From Nitrosospira multiformis ATCC 25196 (lineage in GTDB: Bacteria; Pseudomonadota; Gammaproteobacteria; Burkholderiales; Nitrosomonadaceae), in NCBI RefSeq assembly GCF_000196355.1, contig NC_007614.1, forward strand, positions 1,740,001-1,772,000: 32,000 nucleotides of DNA, in the 5' to 3' direction. The stretch's first letter is position 1. Each line of letters opens with the position of its first letter. The notes under the pieces are model-generated. The model saw nothing but the letters and a program-made list of their open reading frames with translations, made no database searches and was not told the DNA's origin. This document shows positions 13,613-23,176 of this stretch, piece by piece. A program made the translations under genes and the position numbers.

Positions 13613-14836
13613 ATGGAACACGATGGGGAAAGTTCAACCATGGCCAAACCCTCTCCTGCACCTTCCTCAACTCCTCCACCCTATATTACTTCTGTCGATC
13701 TCATGCGTGGGCTGGTCATGGTTCTCATGGCCCTTGACCATGTGCGCGGATTCTTCACCAATGCCGATTTCAGCTCCACTGATCTTGCCCGCACTACTCC
13801 CGGCGTTTTCCTGACACGCTGGATCACTCACCTGTGCGCCCCCACCTTTGTGTTTCTGGCAGGCACCAGTGCTTATCTGTCTGCATCGCGGGGGATGGCC
13901 CACTCCCAGTTGGCGAAACGATTATTCCTGCGGGGGTTGTGGCTGGTATTTCTTGAACTGACGGTGGTGCGTTTTGCCTGGTTCTTCAATCTGGATTACA
14001 ACTTGATGGACCTGCAGGTGATCTGGGCGCTGGGGTGGTCCATGATTGTTCTCGCGGCGCTCGTCTATCTGCCGCTATGGGCGGTCGCCGGCGTTGGCAT
14101 CGGCATGATCCTGACTCACAATCTGCTCGACAGCATACGGCTTGAGGATTTTCAGGCAGCGGGCGGCTCGCTCACCTGGAAAGGGTGGCTGGTGAGCGTG
14201 CTCCACATCCCCCACTTTCCGGTGGTGTACCCTCTCATCCCCTGGATCGGAGTAATGGCCTCGGGTTATGCATTTGGTCCTCTCATGCTGCTGCCATCGA
14301 GGACAAGAATAAAGGTAGTATTTAAATGCGGCACGATTCTTGTCGCAGGCTTCCTCATTCTCCGCGGCCTGAATATTTATGGCGATCCGGATCCATGGGT
14401 TTTGCAGGAAACCCCCGTGTTCACACTACTTTCCTTCCTGAATACGACGAAATATCCACCGTCACTGCTCTATCTGCTGATGACACTCGGACTCATGTTC
14501 CTGCTGATATCTGCATTTGAATGGTGGCATGAGGCGCACGGGCCGCACGGTGTCGCAGGACGTTTTCTGATTACCTTTGGCCGCGTGCCCCTGTTTTTCT
14601 ATCTCATTCATCTGTATTTTATTCATGGCTTCACCCTGCTCATTGCGTTTGCAATGGGAGCGAATATTCGCTCCTTCCTGACCTCTTCCTGGGAATTCCC
14701 ATCCTGGTGGGGATTCAGCCTTCCAGTTGTTTACCTGGTATGGGTGGGAGTCACTACCACACTCTATCCCATCTGCCGCCGGTTCGCGGCATTAAAATCT
14801 CGCCACCGGGGCAGTTGGTGGACGCCCTATATCTAA
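13613..14836 (+). CDS. DUF1624 / heparan-alpha-glucosaminide N-acetyltransferase-like polytopic membrane protein
   Basis: It has the signature DLMRGLVMVLMALDHVRGFF and about 10 hydrophobic helices. The start is ambiguous: TTG 13598, ATG 13613, or ATG 13640, the last having the best RBS. Confidence 0.8.
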   Translation: MEHDGESSTMAKPSPAPSSTPPPYITSVDLMRGLVMVLMALDHVRGFFTNADFSSTDLARTTPGVFLTRWITHLCAPTFVFLAGTSAYLSASRGMAHSQLAKRLFLRGLWLVFLELTVVRFAWFFNLDYNLMDLQVIWALGWSMIVLAALVYLPLWAVAGVGIGMILTHNLLDSIRLEDFQAAGGSLTWKGWLVSVLHIPHFPVVYPLIPWIGVMASGYAFGPLMLLPSRTRIKVVFKCGTILVAGFLILRGLNIYGDPDPWVLQETPVFTLLSFLNTTKYPPSLLYLLMTLGLMFLLISAFEWWHEAHGPHGVAGRFLITFGRVPLFFYLIHLYFIHGFTLLIAFAMGANIRSFLTSSWEFPSWWGFSLPVVYLVWVGVTTTLYPICRRFAALKSRHRGSWWTPYI

Positions 14837-14984
14837 GGATGTCATAAGTCTGATGGGTAAATCCGGCGAAACGGGAAACCGGTGATGTTGCATGCCAAAT
14901 GTTCCTGTATGTGCGCTATCCAACGAAAAAGAATCGTTCCTTTTGCTAGGCTTCGGGTTTCAGAGAATGACAGGAGTTGCTGTA

Positions 14985-15251
14985 ATGGGTGACGATCTTT
15001 TTCAATTCCCAATCACGGGATGGGAAATAAAAACAGAACCTATTGATGGATTGCTGTCGGTCCGGTTTCCATTTTTATCCCACGAGCAGCAAAAGCTTGC
15101 CGAGGCAGATCCCGGCAGACCCTACGTGATGCAAGCTGAACAAGCTCGCGAGCTTCGCGACGCATTGTCGAGAGCAATCAAACGCCTTGAGGACCAAGAG
15201 CTTGCAACCCCCGTAGTGACGGAAACATACAAGCGATTTCTCATCTATTAA
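14985..15251 (+). CDS. Hypothetical protein (88 aa)
   Basis: AGGAG lies 9 nt upstream of the ATG at 14985 (MGDDLFQFPITGWEIK...). The longer ORF from 14892 lacks an RBS. Confidence 0.5.
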   Translation: MGDDLFQFPITGWEIKTEPIDGLLSVRFPFLSHEQQKLAEADPGRPYVMQAEQARELRDALSRAIKRLEDQELATPVVTETYKRFLIY

Positions 15252-15373
15252 GCGAAGCGCAGCATTTCGCTTCTCAATCCCAATTCATCCAGCGGGATAG
15301 TAGCAAAAAGCAGGAAACTTCCGGCGCGCCATTGCCAGGAGTGAGCGAATATATTTGATACGCTCGATCTCTG

Positions 15374-17248
15374 ATGAATCCTGAACTGCCACCCAATCAC
15401 CTCGATAAACCGGTCGATGATGCGTATGACCATACGTTGGGACCGGCTGATGCCGAAATTACCCTGGTCGAATACGGTAGTTATGCGGATGCGCCCTCAC
15501 GCTCGGCACATGAGCGCGTTGCCGAGTTGCGAAGCCGGTTCGGCAATCGAATGCGTTATGTATTTCGCCATCGCCCGTTGGCAGGAAGCAAAATTGCGCG
15601 GCGTGCGGCTGAGTTGGTGGAATCACACAACAATTCCGGTCGATTCTGGGATCTGCATGTCGCACTGATGAGCCGCTCTGACAAGCTGAGCGCAGACGAT
15701 CTGTGCACCATTATTTCTGATTTGAAGCTGGAGGGGAATAAAGAAGCCGGACAGGAAGAAACAGCAGAAAGAGCAAGAGATCGCGTAGAAGCGGATATAG
15801 CCAGCGCAAACGCGAGCGGTGTCATCGTCACCCCGACATTCTTCATCAACGGCCGTCGTTACGATGGCCCTTGGGATGTGCGTTCACTCTCTGAGGCAAT
15901 GCTTGGCTCGCTTGGCCACGTTGTGCATGCTGCCGCACTGGATTTTGCCAAATGGGCGCCTTCGACCGGAATCATGCTGTTGCTTGCGACCGCGCTCGCA
16001 GTTGTTCTGAGCAACTCTGCGCTTGGCCCGGATTTCAACGAAATGTGGGAGCAGCGTCTGGGGATTACGTTCCAGCATAGCGCTTTTGAACTTTCATTGC
16101 GTCATTGGATAAATGACGGATTGCTGGTGATCTTTTTCCTGGTTGTCGGCCTCGAAATCAAGCGCGAGTTTACCGTGGGGCATCTTGCTGAGCGGCAATC
16201 CGCCATGTTGCCAATCGCCGCAGCGATTGGAGGCATGGCTGTCCCCGCCTTGCTTTACCTGATTCTGGTGCCGCCAGGACCGCCAATGGCTCCGGGATCG
16301 GACGGAACCGATGGTGCATGGTCATATGGGTGGGGTGTCCCGATGGCAACGGATACGGCGTTCGCAATTGCGCTGATCGCCATGATGGGTAAACGCGTTC
16401 CTGTCGAGCTACGTGTCTTTCTTACCGCGGCTGCCATTGTCGATGATATTGGAGCAATCATTGTCGTTGCAATTTTTTATTCGGGTGAACTGCATATCGC
16501 TTATCTGGGCAGCGCGGTCGCGATTGCGGGCTTACTGGCGCTGCTCAATAAGGGCGGCGTGTATCGGGCATCTCCATATGTGATTCTCGGAATCGTCCTG
16601 TGGGTTTTCGTGTATGCCAGCGGGATACATGCCACGCTTGCAGGCATCATTCTCGCCTTGTTCATTCCTACGCGCCCGCCGCCTAATCTTCGCGCACTCA
16701 TGCTGCAAGCGGATGCCATTCTGACCGCCGAAACCCGGCGCGGGAGGGAGGTCATGCATTACGGCCCTTCCGAACCCGCACTGGAGGCACTGGATGCCAT
16801 TCATGACCGCTTGGAATCTCCCGCTGCTCGCATGCTCCGGCATCTGGCGCCAAGATCGAGCTTTCTGGTATTGCCGGTGTTTGCGCTTGCGAATGCAGGA
16901 GTGGTTGTAGAGACAAGCGTATTCGGCGAGCACATACCGTTAATGCTCGGCACCGCTACGGCCTTGGTCATCGGCAAGCCCCTCGGGTTTATCACTGCCA
17001 CCGTAACCGCTGTTCGACTGGGCTTTGCCACCAAGCCAGATGCCTACTCCTGGCGACAGCTCGGTGGAGCGGGGGCGCTCGCCGGAATCGGTTTTACCAT
17101 GTCACTTTTCATAGCCAGTCAGGCCTTCCCCGAGGTAAGCGATTATGCGGCCGCCAAAATCGCAATTTTCGGTGGATCAATCCTATCGGCAATTATCGGC
17201 GTCGCGATACTTTGGAATGCACAGGCAGAAGAAGAAAAAAATCCATGA
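15374..17248 (+). CDS. nhaA: Na+/H+ antiporter NhaA with an N-terminal DsbA-like thioredoxin-fold domain that lacks the CxxC motif
   Basis: Residues ~190-624 carry NhaA signatures (GVPMATDTAFAIAL, AAAIVDDIGAIIVVAIFY). Residues ~14-185 look like the DSBA-type thioredoxin fold (LVEYGSY...RYVFRHRPL...GRFWDLH...GVIVTPTFFINGRRYDG). Confidence 0.9.
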   Translation: MNPELPPNHLDKPVDDAYDHTLGPADAEITLVEYGSYADAPSRSAHERVAELRSRFGNRMRYVFRHRPLAGSKIARRAAELVESHNNSGRFWDLHVALMSRSDKLSADDLCTIISDLKLEGNKEAGQEETAERARDRVEADIASANASGVIVTPTFFINGRRYDGPWDVRSLSEAMLGSLGHVVHAAALDFAKWAPSTGIMLLLATALAVVLSNSALGPDFNEMWEQRLGITFQHSAFELSLRHWINDGLLVIFFLVVGLEIKREFTVGHLAERQSAMLPIAAAIGGMAVPALLYLILVPPGPPMAPGSDGTDGAWSYGWGVPMATDTAFAIALIAMMGKRVPVELRVFLTAAAIVDDIGAIIVVAIFYSGELHIAYLGSAVAIAGLLALLNKGGVYRASPYVILGIVLWVFVYASGIHATLAGIILALFIPTRPPPNLRALMLQADAILTAETRRGREVMHYGPSEPALEALDAIHDRLESPAARMLRHLAPRSSFLVLPVFALANAGVVVETSVFGEHIPLMLGTATALVIGKPLGFITATVTAVRLGFATKPDAYSWRQLGGAGALAGIGFTMSLFIASQAFPEVSDYAAAKIAIFGGSILSAIIGVAILWNAQAEEEKNP

Positions 17249-17410
17249 GCGTGAATAAAAACGCTCCCGGCGGAAATAGCAGGGAAACGCGGTGGCAGCG
17301 AAGCGAAGGTAAAAATGAAGCAGATGATGGAATTATTTTCCGAAACACTTGTTGCTAATCAAGCTATACGGGCAGAAGTAAACGATAACTTTTCCACATG
17401 AGGAGGGAAT

Positions 17411-17839
17411 ATGACTATAAAGAAGGCGTGGGCAGTTTGGAAAGGTGGAATCAAGGACGGGGGTGGAACGATTTCCACCGAAACAGGTGTACTGAGCGAA
17501 GCACCCTACGGTTTCAAATCGAGATTTGAAAATGGCAAGGGCACCAATCCGGAAGAACTCATCGGTGCCGGGCACGCAGGCTGTTTTTCGATGGCACTCT
17601 CCCTGATGCTTGGAGAAGCTGGCTTGACGCCGGAGAAGATCGAGACGCATACAGCCGTCACGCTCGATAAAGTTGGAGAAGGCTTCGAGATCACCACTAT
17701 CCACCTTGACGTTGCCGCCAGAATACCGGGGGCAGACCAGGCAAAATTCGAAGAGATTGCCAACAAGGCAAAGGAAGGTTGTCCCGTCTCCAAACTATTC
17801 AAGGCAAAAATAACAATGGAAGCAAGACTGGAAACGTAG
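17411..17839 (+). CDS. osmC: OsmC-family peroxiredoxin
   Basis: GAGGAGG RBS. The two conserved Cys contexts GAGHAGCFSMAL and EGCPVSK are present, and the 142-aa length is typical. Confidence 0.9.
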   Translation: MTIKKAWAVWKGGIKDGGGTISTETGVLSEAPYGFKSRFENGKGTNPEELIGAGHAGCFSMALSLMLGEAGLTPEKIETHTAVTLDKVGEGFEITTIHLDVAARIPGADQAKFEEIANKAKEGCPVSKLFKAKITMEARLET

Positions 17840-18105
17840 TTATTGTCCGATACGAGAGCGGAGCGCCATTCGCCAACGTATTACATAACGGATAATTCGA
17901 ATTTACCCGAAACCTGTCTGATAGCTTGAAGAAAGCCTATCACCTTCGCCCCAAGATAATGGCGGCAGTACCAATAGTAAGTACTGCTGGATCTTGGAGC
18001 GAAGCACGATACTTCAATGCATGTGGTTCGCTGCAATTCTCATATGGCTGGACACACCGGCACGAATCGGACGTACAGCCATACGGCAATAGCAACCGGG
18101 GTTGA

Positions 18106-19230
18106 TTACTTCAACTGCTCATACAGCAATTTCAATATACGCTTTGCGTCACTGGAATCCTCCGCCACCCCATCCTTGTTCAACACGGTGACGTCGGTAT
18201 TGGTCCCCGCTTCGCTTAGCTGGATGCGGTATTGACCCGGCTTATCGCTATCCTCGTCCCGCCAGAATGCAAGCTTCGAAAGCAAACCGGTCCCTGCACC
18301 GTTTTCTGCCTCCGGATTTACATAGCGCACAAAGTAAACACCCTGAGAGCGGTTTCGGTCTTCAACGGTAAATCCGATACGATCCAACGCCAGTCCGACG
18401 CGCCGCCACGATCGGTCAAATGCTTCGGTTACGGTCAGTATCCCGCCTTTTTCACCATTGAGGCGTGCACGCTCCTGAACGCCTGTGCTCGCCACTGCGC
18501 TTCTGGCGCGCTCCTCCGTCACGCCAAAGCGCATCATCAAACGGGAAAGCATCTCCGCTTCCAGATCAGGATCAGAGGGACGAGGCTGCCATACAGTGCG
18601 TACGTTGGCGCCCTCGATCACTTCATCCATGCCGCGATGGCTGATATAGATCTCCGTAGTGCCATTTTCACCGCGCTCCAGCCGCGTGCGAAACTTGTCA
18701 CGCTCGCCCGTTGAATACAAGCTGTCCAGAAGCTTGCCGAGCGTATTCCGAAGAATATCTTCGGGAATTTTGGCGCGGTTTTCCGCCCAGTCCGTTTCCA
18801 TCACGCCCGCTTCCGGCATTTCGATCTTGATGAGAAAGCCCAGTTCCTGCCAGAAATCCCTGACGATCGGCCATATTTCCTCCGGTTCGCCATTTACAAC
18901 CAGCCAGCGCTGGGTCCCGGAACGTTCCATCCGTACCCCGGCCTCATCCATCGAGGGCAGGATGGGAGTTCCCCCGGCGGTGATACCTGCCGTCTTGCTG
19001 CGCTCCTTGTTGTAAGCGGAAAAAGTCGCAACCCCGGTGGGACTGATATCCGGAACATGATAACGCTCATCCGAACCCGGCGCGGTCAGATCAGGTGGAA
19101 TTTCCAGAGGTGGAAGTTTGCCCGCCGATTTATAATTGATCTTTTTAGCTTCCGGCAAAATCTCCGAGAAAACACTACATCCTGCAACGGCCGCTGCCAG
19201 GCACAGCGCAGCCATTATCTGCGATCTCAT
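18106..19230 (-). CDS. bamC: Outer-membrane protein assembly factor BamC (NlpB) lipoprotein
   Basis: The start is taken at MRSQIMAALCLAAAVAGCS (lipobox) rather than the 437-aa ORF start. It lies immediately downstream of dapA, the conserved dapA-bamC arrangement. Confidence 0.8.
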   Translation of the reverse strand: MRSQIMAALCLAAAVAGCSVFSEILPEAKKINYKSAGKLPPLEIPPDLTAPGSDERYHVPDISPTGVATFSAYNKERSKTAGITAGGTPILPSMDEAGVRMERSGTQRWLVVNGEPEEIWPIVRDFWQELGFLIKIEMPEAGVMETDWAENRAKIPEDILRNTLGKLLDSLYSTGERDKFRTRLERGENGTTEIYISHRGMDEVIEGANVRTVWQPRPSDPDLEAEMLSRLMMRFGVTEERARSAVASTGVQERARLNGEKGGILTVTEAFDRSWRRVGLALDRIGFTVEDRNRSQGVYFVRYVNPEAENGAGTGLLSKLAFWRDEDSDKPGQYRIQLSEAGTNTDVTVLNKDGVAEDSSDAKRILKLLYEQLK

Positions 19231-19286
19231 GTGTAATACTTGATTCCTGAAAATCCTGCTCCCGGCTCTCGAATTCGGGCAGTCAT

Positions 19287-20189
19287 TTAAACAGATATCG
19301 CCAAATCGATTCCCGCCTCGCTCATCGCTTCCCTGAGAGTCTGATGATATCGATTCGACAACGGTGTGAGTGGCAACCGCAACCCCTCGCCTATCAATCC
19401 CATTTGCGCAACCGCCCATTTCACAGGAATAGGATTGGCCTCTATGAATAAATCCAGATGCAATCTCAAAAGCTTTCTGTTTGCAGCGCGGGCAGCAGCC
19501 AGGTCACCGGCAAATGCCGCAATGCACATCTCATGCATGAGCTTCGGCGCCACGTTGGCGGTGACGGAAATAACGCCATGCCCGCCGAGCAGCAACAAAG
19601 CCAGGGCACTGGCATCATCGCCGCTATAGATTGCAAAATCTTCGGGAGCACGGCACAACAGATCGAATCCGCGACCGATATCACCCGTTGCATCCTTGAT
19701 TCCGACAATGTTGGGAATTTGCGCAAGACGAAGGACCGTATCGTTGGCAATATCTGCCACCGTCCTGCCGGGCACGTTGTATAGTATCTGCGGTATATCC
19801 ACAGCCTCCGCCACCGCTCTGAAATGCTGGTATAAACCCTCCTGCGTGGGCTTGTTGTAATACGGTACAACCGACAGGCTTGCATCCGCTCCCGCATTCT
19901 TCGCATAGATGGAAAGGTCAATTGCCTCGCGCGTGGAATTGGCTCCGGTTCCCGCAATTACCGGTACCCGCCCTGCCGCCTGCTCCACTGCGGTTTTGAT
20001 CAACAGATGGTGCTCTTCGAAATCCACGGTCGGTGATTCGCCGGTGGTTCCTACCACCACGATACCATCGGTCCCTTCCGTCACATGAAAGTCGATCAAG
20101 GATTGGAAGCGCTCCAGATCCAGTTCGCCATTTTCATGCATCGGGGTGACAATGGCGACCAGACTGCCTTTTATTGCGACGTTATCCAT
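19287..20189 (-). CDS. dapA: 4-hydroxy-tetrahydrodipicolinate synthase
   Basis: [20 protein letters not shown] and the catalytic-Lys context VGIKDATG are present. The 300-aa length is typical. Confidence 0.95.
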   Translation of the reverse strand: MDNVAIKGSLVAIVTPMHENGELDLERFQSLIDFHVTEGTDGIVVVGTTGESPTVDFEEHHLLIKTAVEQAAGRVPVIAGTGANSTREAIDLSIYAKNAGADASLSVVPYYNKPTQEGLYQHFRAVAEAVDIPQILYNVPGRTVADIANDTVLRLAQIPNIVGIKDATGDIGRGFDLLCRAPEDFAIYSGDDASALALLLLGGHGVISVTANVAPKLMHEMCIAAFAGDLAAARAANRKLLRLHLDLFIEANPIPVKWAVAQMGLIGEGLRLPLTPLSNRYHQTLREAMSEAGIDLAISV

Positions 20190-20427
20190 GACGCGACTCG
20201 AAAAAAACTCCTATTTTACCTGAATCCGGCACCCGCAAAGTATATTCGCGACGGTACAGGTCGCGTTGTCAGACAGCGCCGGGAGAAGCGGGTTCCCGAC
20301 ACCTTGGATGAATCCGATGAGAGTCGGACGATGGTACTGTAAAGCTGCTCCCTTCCCTCTCCCTCTCCCACTGGCTAAACAGGCGGGAGAGGATCGGGAA
20401 GAAAGTCTTTGGTTGCCGGAAATCGCC

Positions 20428-23037
20428 TCAAGCCGGTACGGATTCCCTTGCCTTCGAGAAAGTGATCACGCCATTTTTCGCATCGACTGTGATGGTATCC
20501 TTCGCAGCGAAGTGACCTTCGAGAATTTCCTTTGCCAAGGGGTTCTCGATCTGGCCCTGTATCGCGCGCTTGAGAGGCCGGGCACCGAACACTGGATCGA
20601 ATCCCGCCTGGGCCACTTCTGCAAGTGCAGCATCCGTCACCTTAAGATGCATCTCAAGTTTTGCCAGGCGCCTTTCCAGTTGCTGCAGCTGTATCCGCGC
20701 GATGGATTTGATATGCTTCTCATCCAGCGCATGGAACACCACCACCTCGTCAATCCGGTTAATGAATTCCGGGCGGAAATATGCCTTCACCTCGCCCATG
20801 ACCGCCAGCTTGATGACCTGGTAATCATCTCCTGCCATCTGCTGGATCATTTGCGAACCGAGGTTTGAAGTCATGACGATAACGGTGTTCTTGAAGTCCA
20901 CCGTGCGTCCCTGCCCGTCTGTCATGCGGCCGTCATCCAGCACCTGCAACAAGACGTTGAATACGTCGGGATGCGCCTTCTCCACTTCATCCAGCAGAAT
21001 AACCGCGTAGGGTTTTCGTCGTACGGCTTCCGTCAGATAGCCGCCTTCCTCGTAGCCCACATACCCCGGCGGAGCGCCAATAAGCCGCGCAACCGAATGT
21101 TTTTCCATGAACTCCGACATGTCGATGCGGATCATGTGCTCTTCCGAATCGAACAGAAATCCTGCCAGCGCCCTGCATAACTCGGTCTTACCCACCCCTG
21201 TCGGCCCCAGGAACAGAAAAGAGCCATAAGGGCGGTTCGGATCAGCCAGACCTGCGCGCGACCGGCGAATGGCATCCGACACCAGCCGTACCGCTTCATC
21301 CTGCCCCACTACGCGCTCGTGCAGCTTCTCCTCCATGTGCAGCAGTTTCTCTCGTTCACCCTGCATCATCTTGGAAACAGGGATGCCGGTAGCGCGCGAA
21401 ACCACTTCTGCGATTTCTTCCGCCCCAACCTGGGTTCGAAGCAGCTTCGGCTTGTTTTGCTCCACGGTCTCCTTCTCAGCCTGCCGATCCTGCATCTGAA
21501 GTTGCGCCTCCAGTTGCGGAAGGCGCCCATATTGCAACTCCGAAACTTTCTGCCAATCTCCTTTGCGCGTCGCCGCCTCGATTTCGAGCTTGACCTTTTC
21601 CATCTCTTCCTTGATATGCTGCGTACCCTGCACCTGGGATTTTTCGGCTTTCCAGATTTCTTCCAGGTCGGCGTATTCGCGCTCGAGTTTGGCTATCTCG
21701 TCTTCCAGTAATGCAAGACGTTTCTGGGACGCCTCATCCTTTTCCTTCTTCACCGCCTCGCGCTCGATCTTGAGTTGTATCAGGCGACGGTCGAGCCTGT
21801 CCATTGCCTCCGGCTTGGAATCGATTTCCATCCGGATGCGGGCTGCGGCTTCATCGATCAGATCAATGGCCTTATCGGGCAGAAAGCGGTCGGTAATATA
21901 ACGATGCGACAGTTCGGCTGCTGCAACAATGGCGGGGTCGGTTATATCCACGCCATGATGCAGCTCGTATCGTTCCTGCAAGCCGCGCAGGATGGCGATG
22001 GTCGCCTCGACCGTCGGCTCTTCCACGAACACTTTCTGGAAACGCCGCTCCAGCGCGGCGTCTTTCTCAATGTATTTGCGGTATTCGTCCAGGGTGGTGG
22101 CACCCACGCAATGCAATTCGCCGCGCGCCAGCGCGGGTTTGAGCATGTTGCCCGCATCGATCGCGCCCTCGGCCTTGCCGGCCCCTACCATGGTATGAAG
22201 CTCGTCTATGAAGACAATAACGCTGCCCCCGGCCTGTGCGATCTCCTTTAGGACAGACTTGAGGCGCTCCTCGAATTCACCCCGGTATTTGGCTCCCGCG
22301 AGCAGCGCGGCCATATCCAGCGAAAGTACTTTCTTGTCCTTGAGGGTTTCCGGCACTTCGCCATTGACGATGCGCTGAGCCAAACCCTCGACAATAGCAG
22401 TCTTGCCCACACCCGGTTCGCCGATCAGCACGGGATTGTTCTTGGTACGGCGTTGCAATACCTGAACAGTACGCCGAATTTCATCATCGCGCCCGATAAC
22501 TGGATCAAGCTTTCCCGCGCGCGCCCGTTCCGTCAGATCGAGCGTGTATTTCTTCAATGCTTCCCGACTGGCTTCGGCCTCAGGATTGCTTACATTCTCG
22601 CCACCGCGCACCTCGTTGATCGCTTGTTCGAGCGCATTGCGACTGGCCCCATTCTGCCTTAGCAGGTTGCCGGTCTCCCCTTTGTCCTGAAGCGCCGCCA
22701 CCAGGAACATCTCCGAAGCAATGAATTGATCACCCCGTTTTTGCGCCTCCTTGTCGGCCAGATTGAGCAGGTTACCCAGATCACGCGAAACGTTGATCTC
22801 TCCACCCGTACCCTCTACTTTAGGAAGGCGTTCAATCGATTTTTTCAGTGCCTCGCGCAGGGGGGGCACATTCGCCCCTGCGCGCTGCAACAACGAAACC
22901 GTGCCTGCGTCTTGCTGTTGCAAAAGTGCGAGCAGTAAATGCTGCGGTTCAATATAAGGGTTGTCCTGACCCACAGCAATGCTCTGCGCATCGGACAACG
23001 CCTGCTGGAATTTTGTAGTTAATTTGTCGAAACGCAT
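20428..23037 (-). CDS. clpB: ATP-dependent chaperone (disaggregase) ClpB
   Basis: 869 aa with two AAA+ modules (GEPGVGKT and GPTGVGKT Walker A motifs), a coiled-coil middle domain and a Clp N-domain. Confidence 0.97.
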   Translation of the reverse strand: MRFDKLTTKFQQALSDAQSIAVGQDNPYIEPQHLLLALLQQQDAGTVSLLQRAGANVPPLREALKKSIERLPKVEGTGGEINVSRDLGNLLNLADKEAQKRGDQFIASEMFLVAALQDKGETGNLLRQNGASRNALEQAINEVRGGENVSNPEAEASREALKKYTLDLTERARAGKLDPVIGRDDEIRRTVQVLQRRTKNNPVLIGEPGVGKTAIVEGLAQRIVNGEVPETLKDKKVLSLDMAALLAGAKYRGEFEERLKSVLKEIAQAGGSVIVFIDELHTMVGAGKAEGAIDAGNMLKPALARGELHCVGATTLDEYRKYIEKDAALERRFQKVFVEEPTVEATIAILRGLQERYELHHGVDITDPAIVAAAELSHRYITDRFLPDKAIDLIDEAAARIRMEIDSKPEAMDRLDRRLIQLKIEREAVKKEKDEASQKRLALLEDEIAKLEREYADLEEIWKAEKSQVQGTQHIKEEMEKVKLEIEAATRKGDWQKVSELQYGRLPQLEAQLQMQDRQAEKETVEQNKPKLLRTQVGAEEIAEVVSRATGIPVSKMMQGEREKLLHMEEKLHERVVGQDEAVRLVSDAIRRSRAGLADPNRPYGSFLFLGPTGVGKTELCRALAGFLFDSEEHMIRIDMSEFMEKHSVARLIGAPPGYVGYEEGGYLTEAVRRKPYAVILLDEVEKAHPDVFNVLLQVLDDGRMTDGQGRTVDFKNTVIVMTSNLGSQMIQQMAGDDYQVIKLAVMGEVKAYFRPEFINRIDEVVVFHALDEKHIKSIARIQLQQLERRLAKLEMHLKVTDAALAEVAQAGFDPVFGARPLKRAIQGQIENPLAKEILEGHFAAKDTITVDAKNGVITFSKARESVPA

Positions 23038-23062
23038 GAGAAGCCCTTTATGGGTAGTGAAT

Positions 23063-23089
23063 GATTCTTATATATATGGGATACGGTAG
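23063..23089 (-). promoter_or_regulatory. Putative sigma32 (heat-shock) promoter of clpB
   Basis: The minus strand reads CTTGAAAattctaccgtatCCCATATAt, compared with the consensus CTTGAAA-N11-14-CCCCATnT. It lies about 30-50 nt upstream of the clpB ATG. Confidence 0.55.
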
Positions 23090-23176
23090 AATTTTCAAGA
23101 TATCCCCTCACGCGTCCAAATCCTCCGGGAAGATGGAGGATGCAATAAGCAAGCCATAGCTGTATCGCATGCGATG

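Noticed and set aside
17965-17987. 7-bp hairpin GCAGTAC-N9-GTACTGC between osmC and bamC (convergent genes)
   Set aside because: There is no U-tract on either strand, so it is not convincing as a terminator. The small minus-strand ORFs nearby (22-25 aa) lack RBSs.
20266-22957. Multiple plus-strand ORFs (up to 200 aa) opposite clpB
   Set aside because: They are antisense to an unambiguous 869-aa ClpB. They are Leu/Arg/Ser-rich shadow frames without RBSs.
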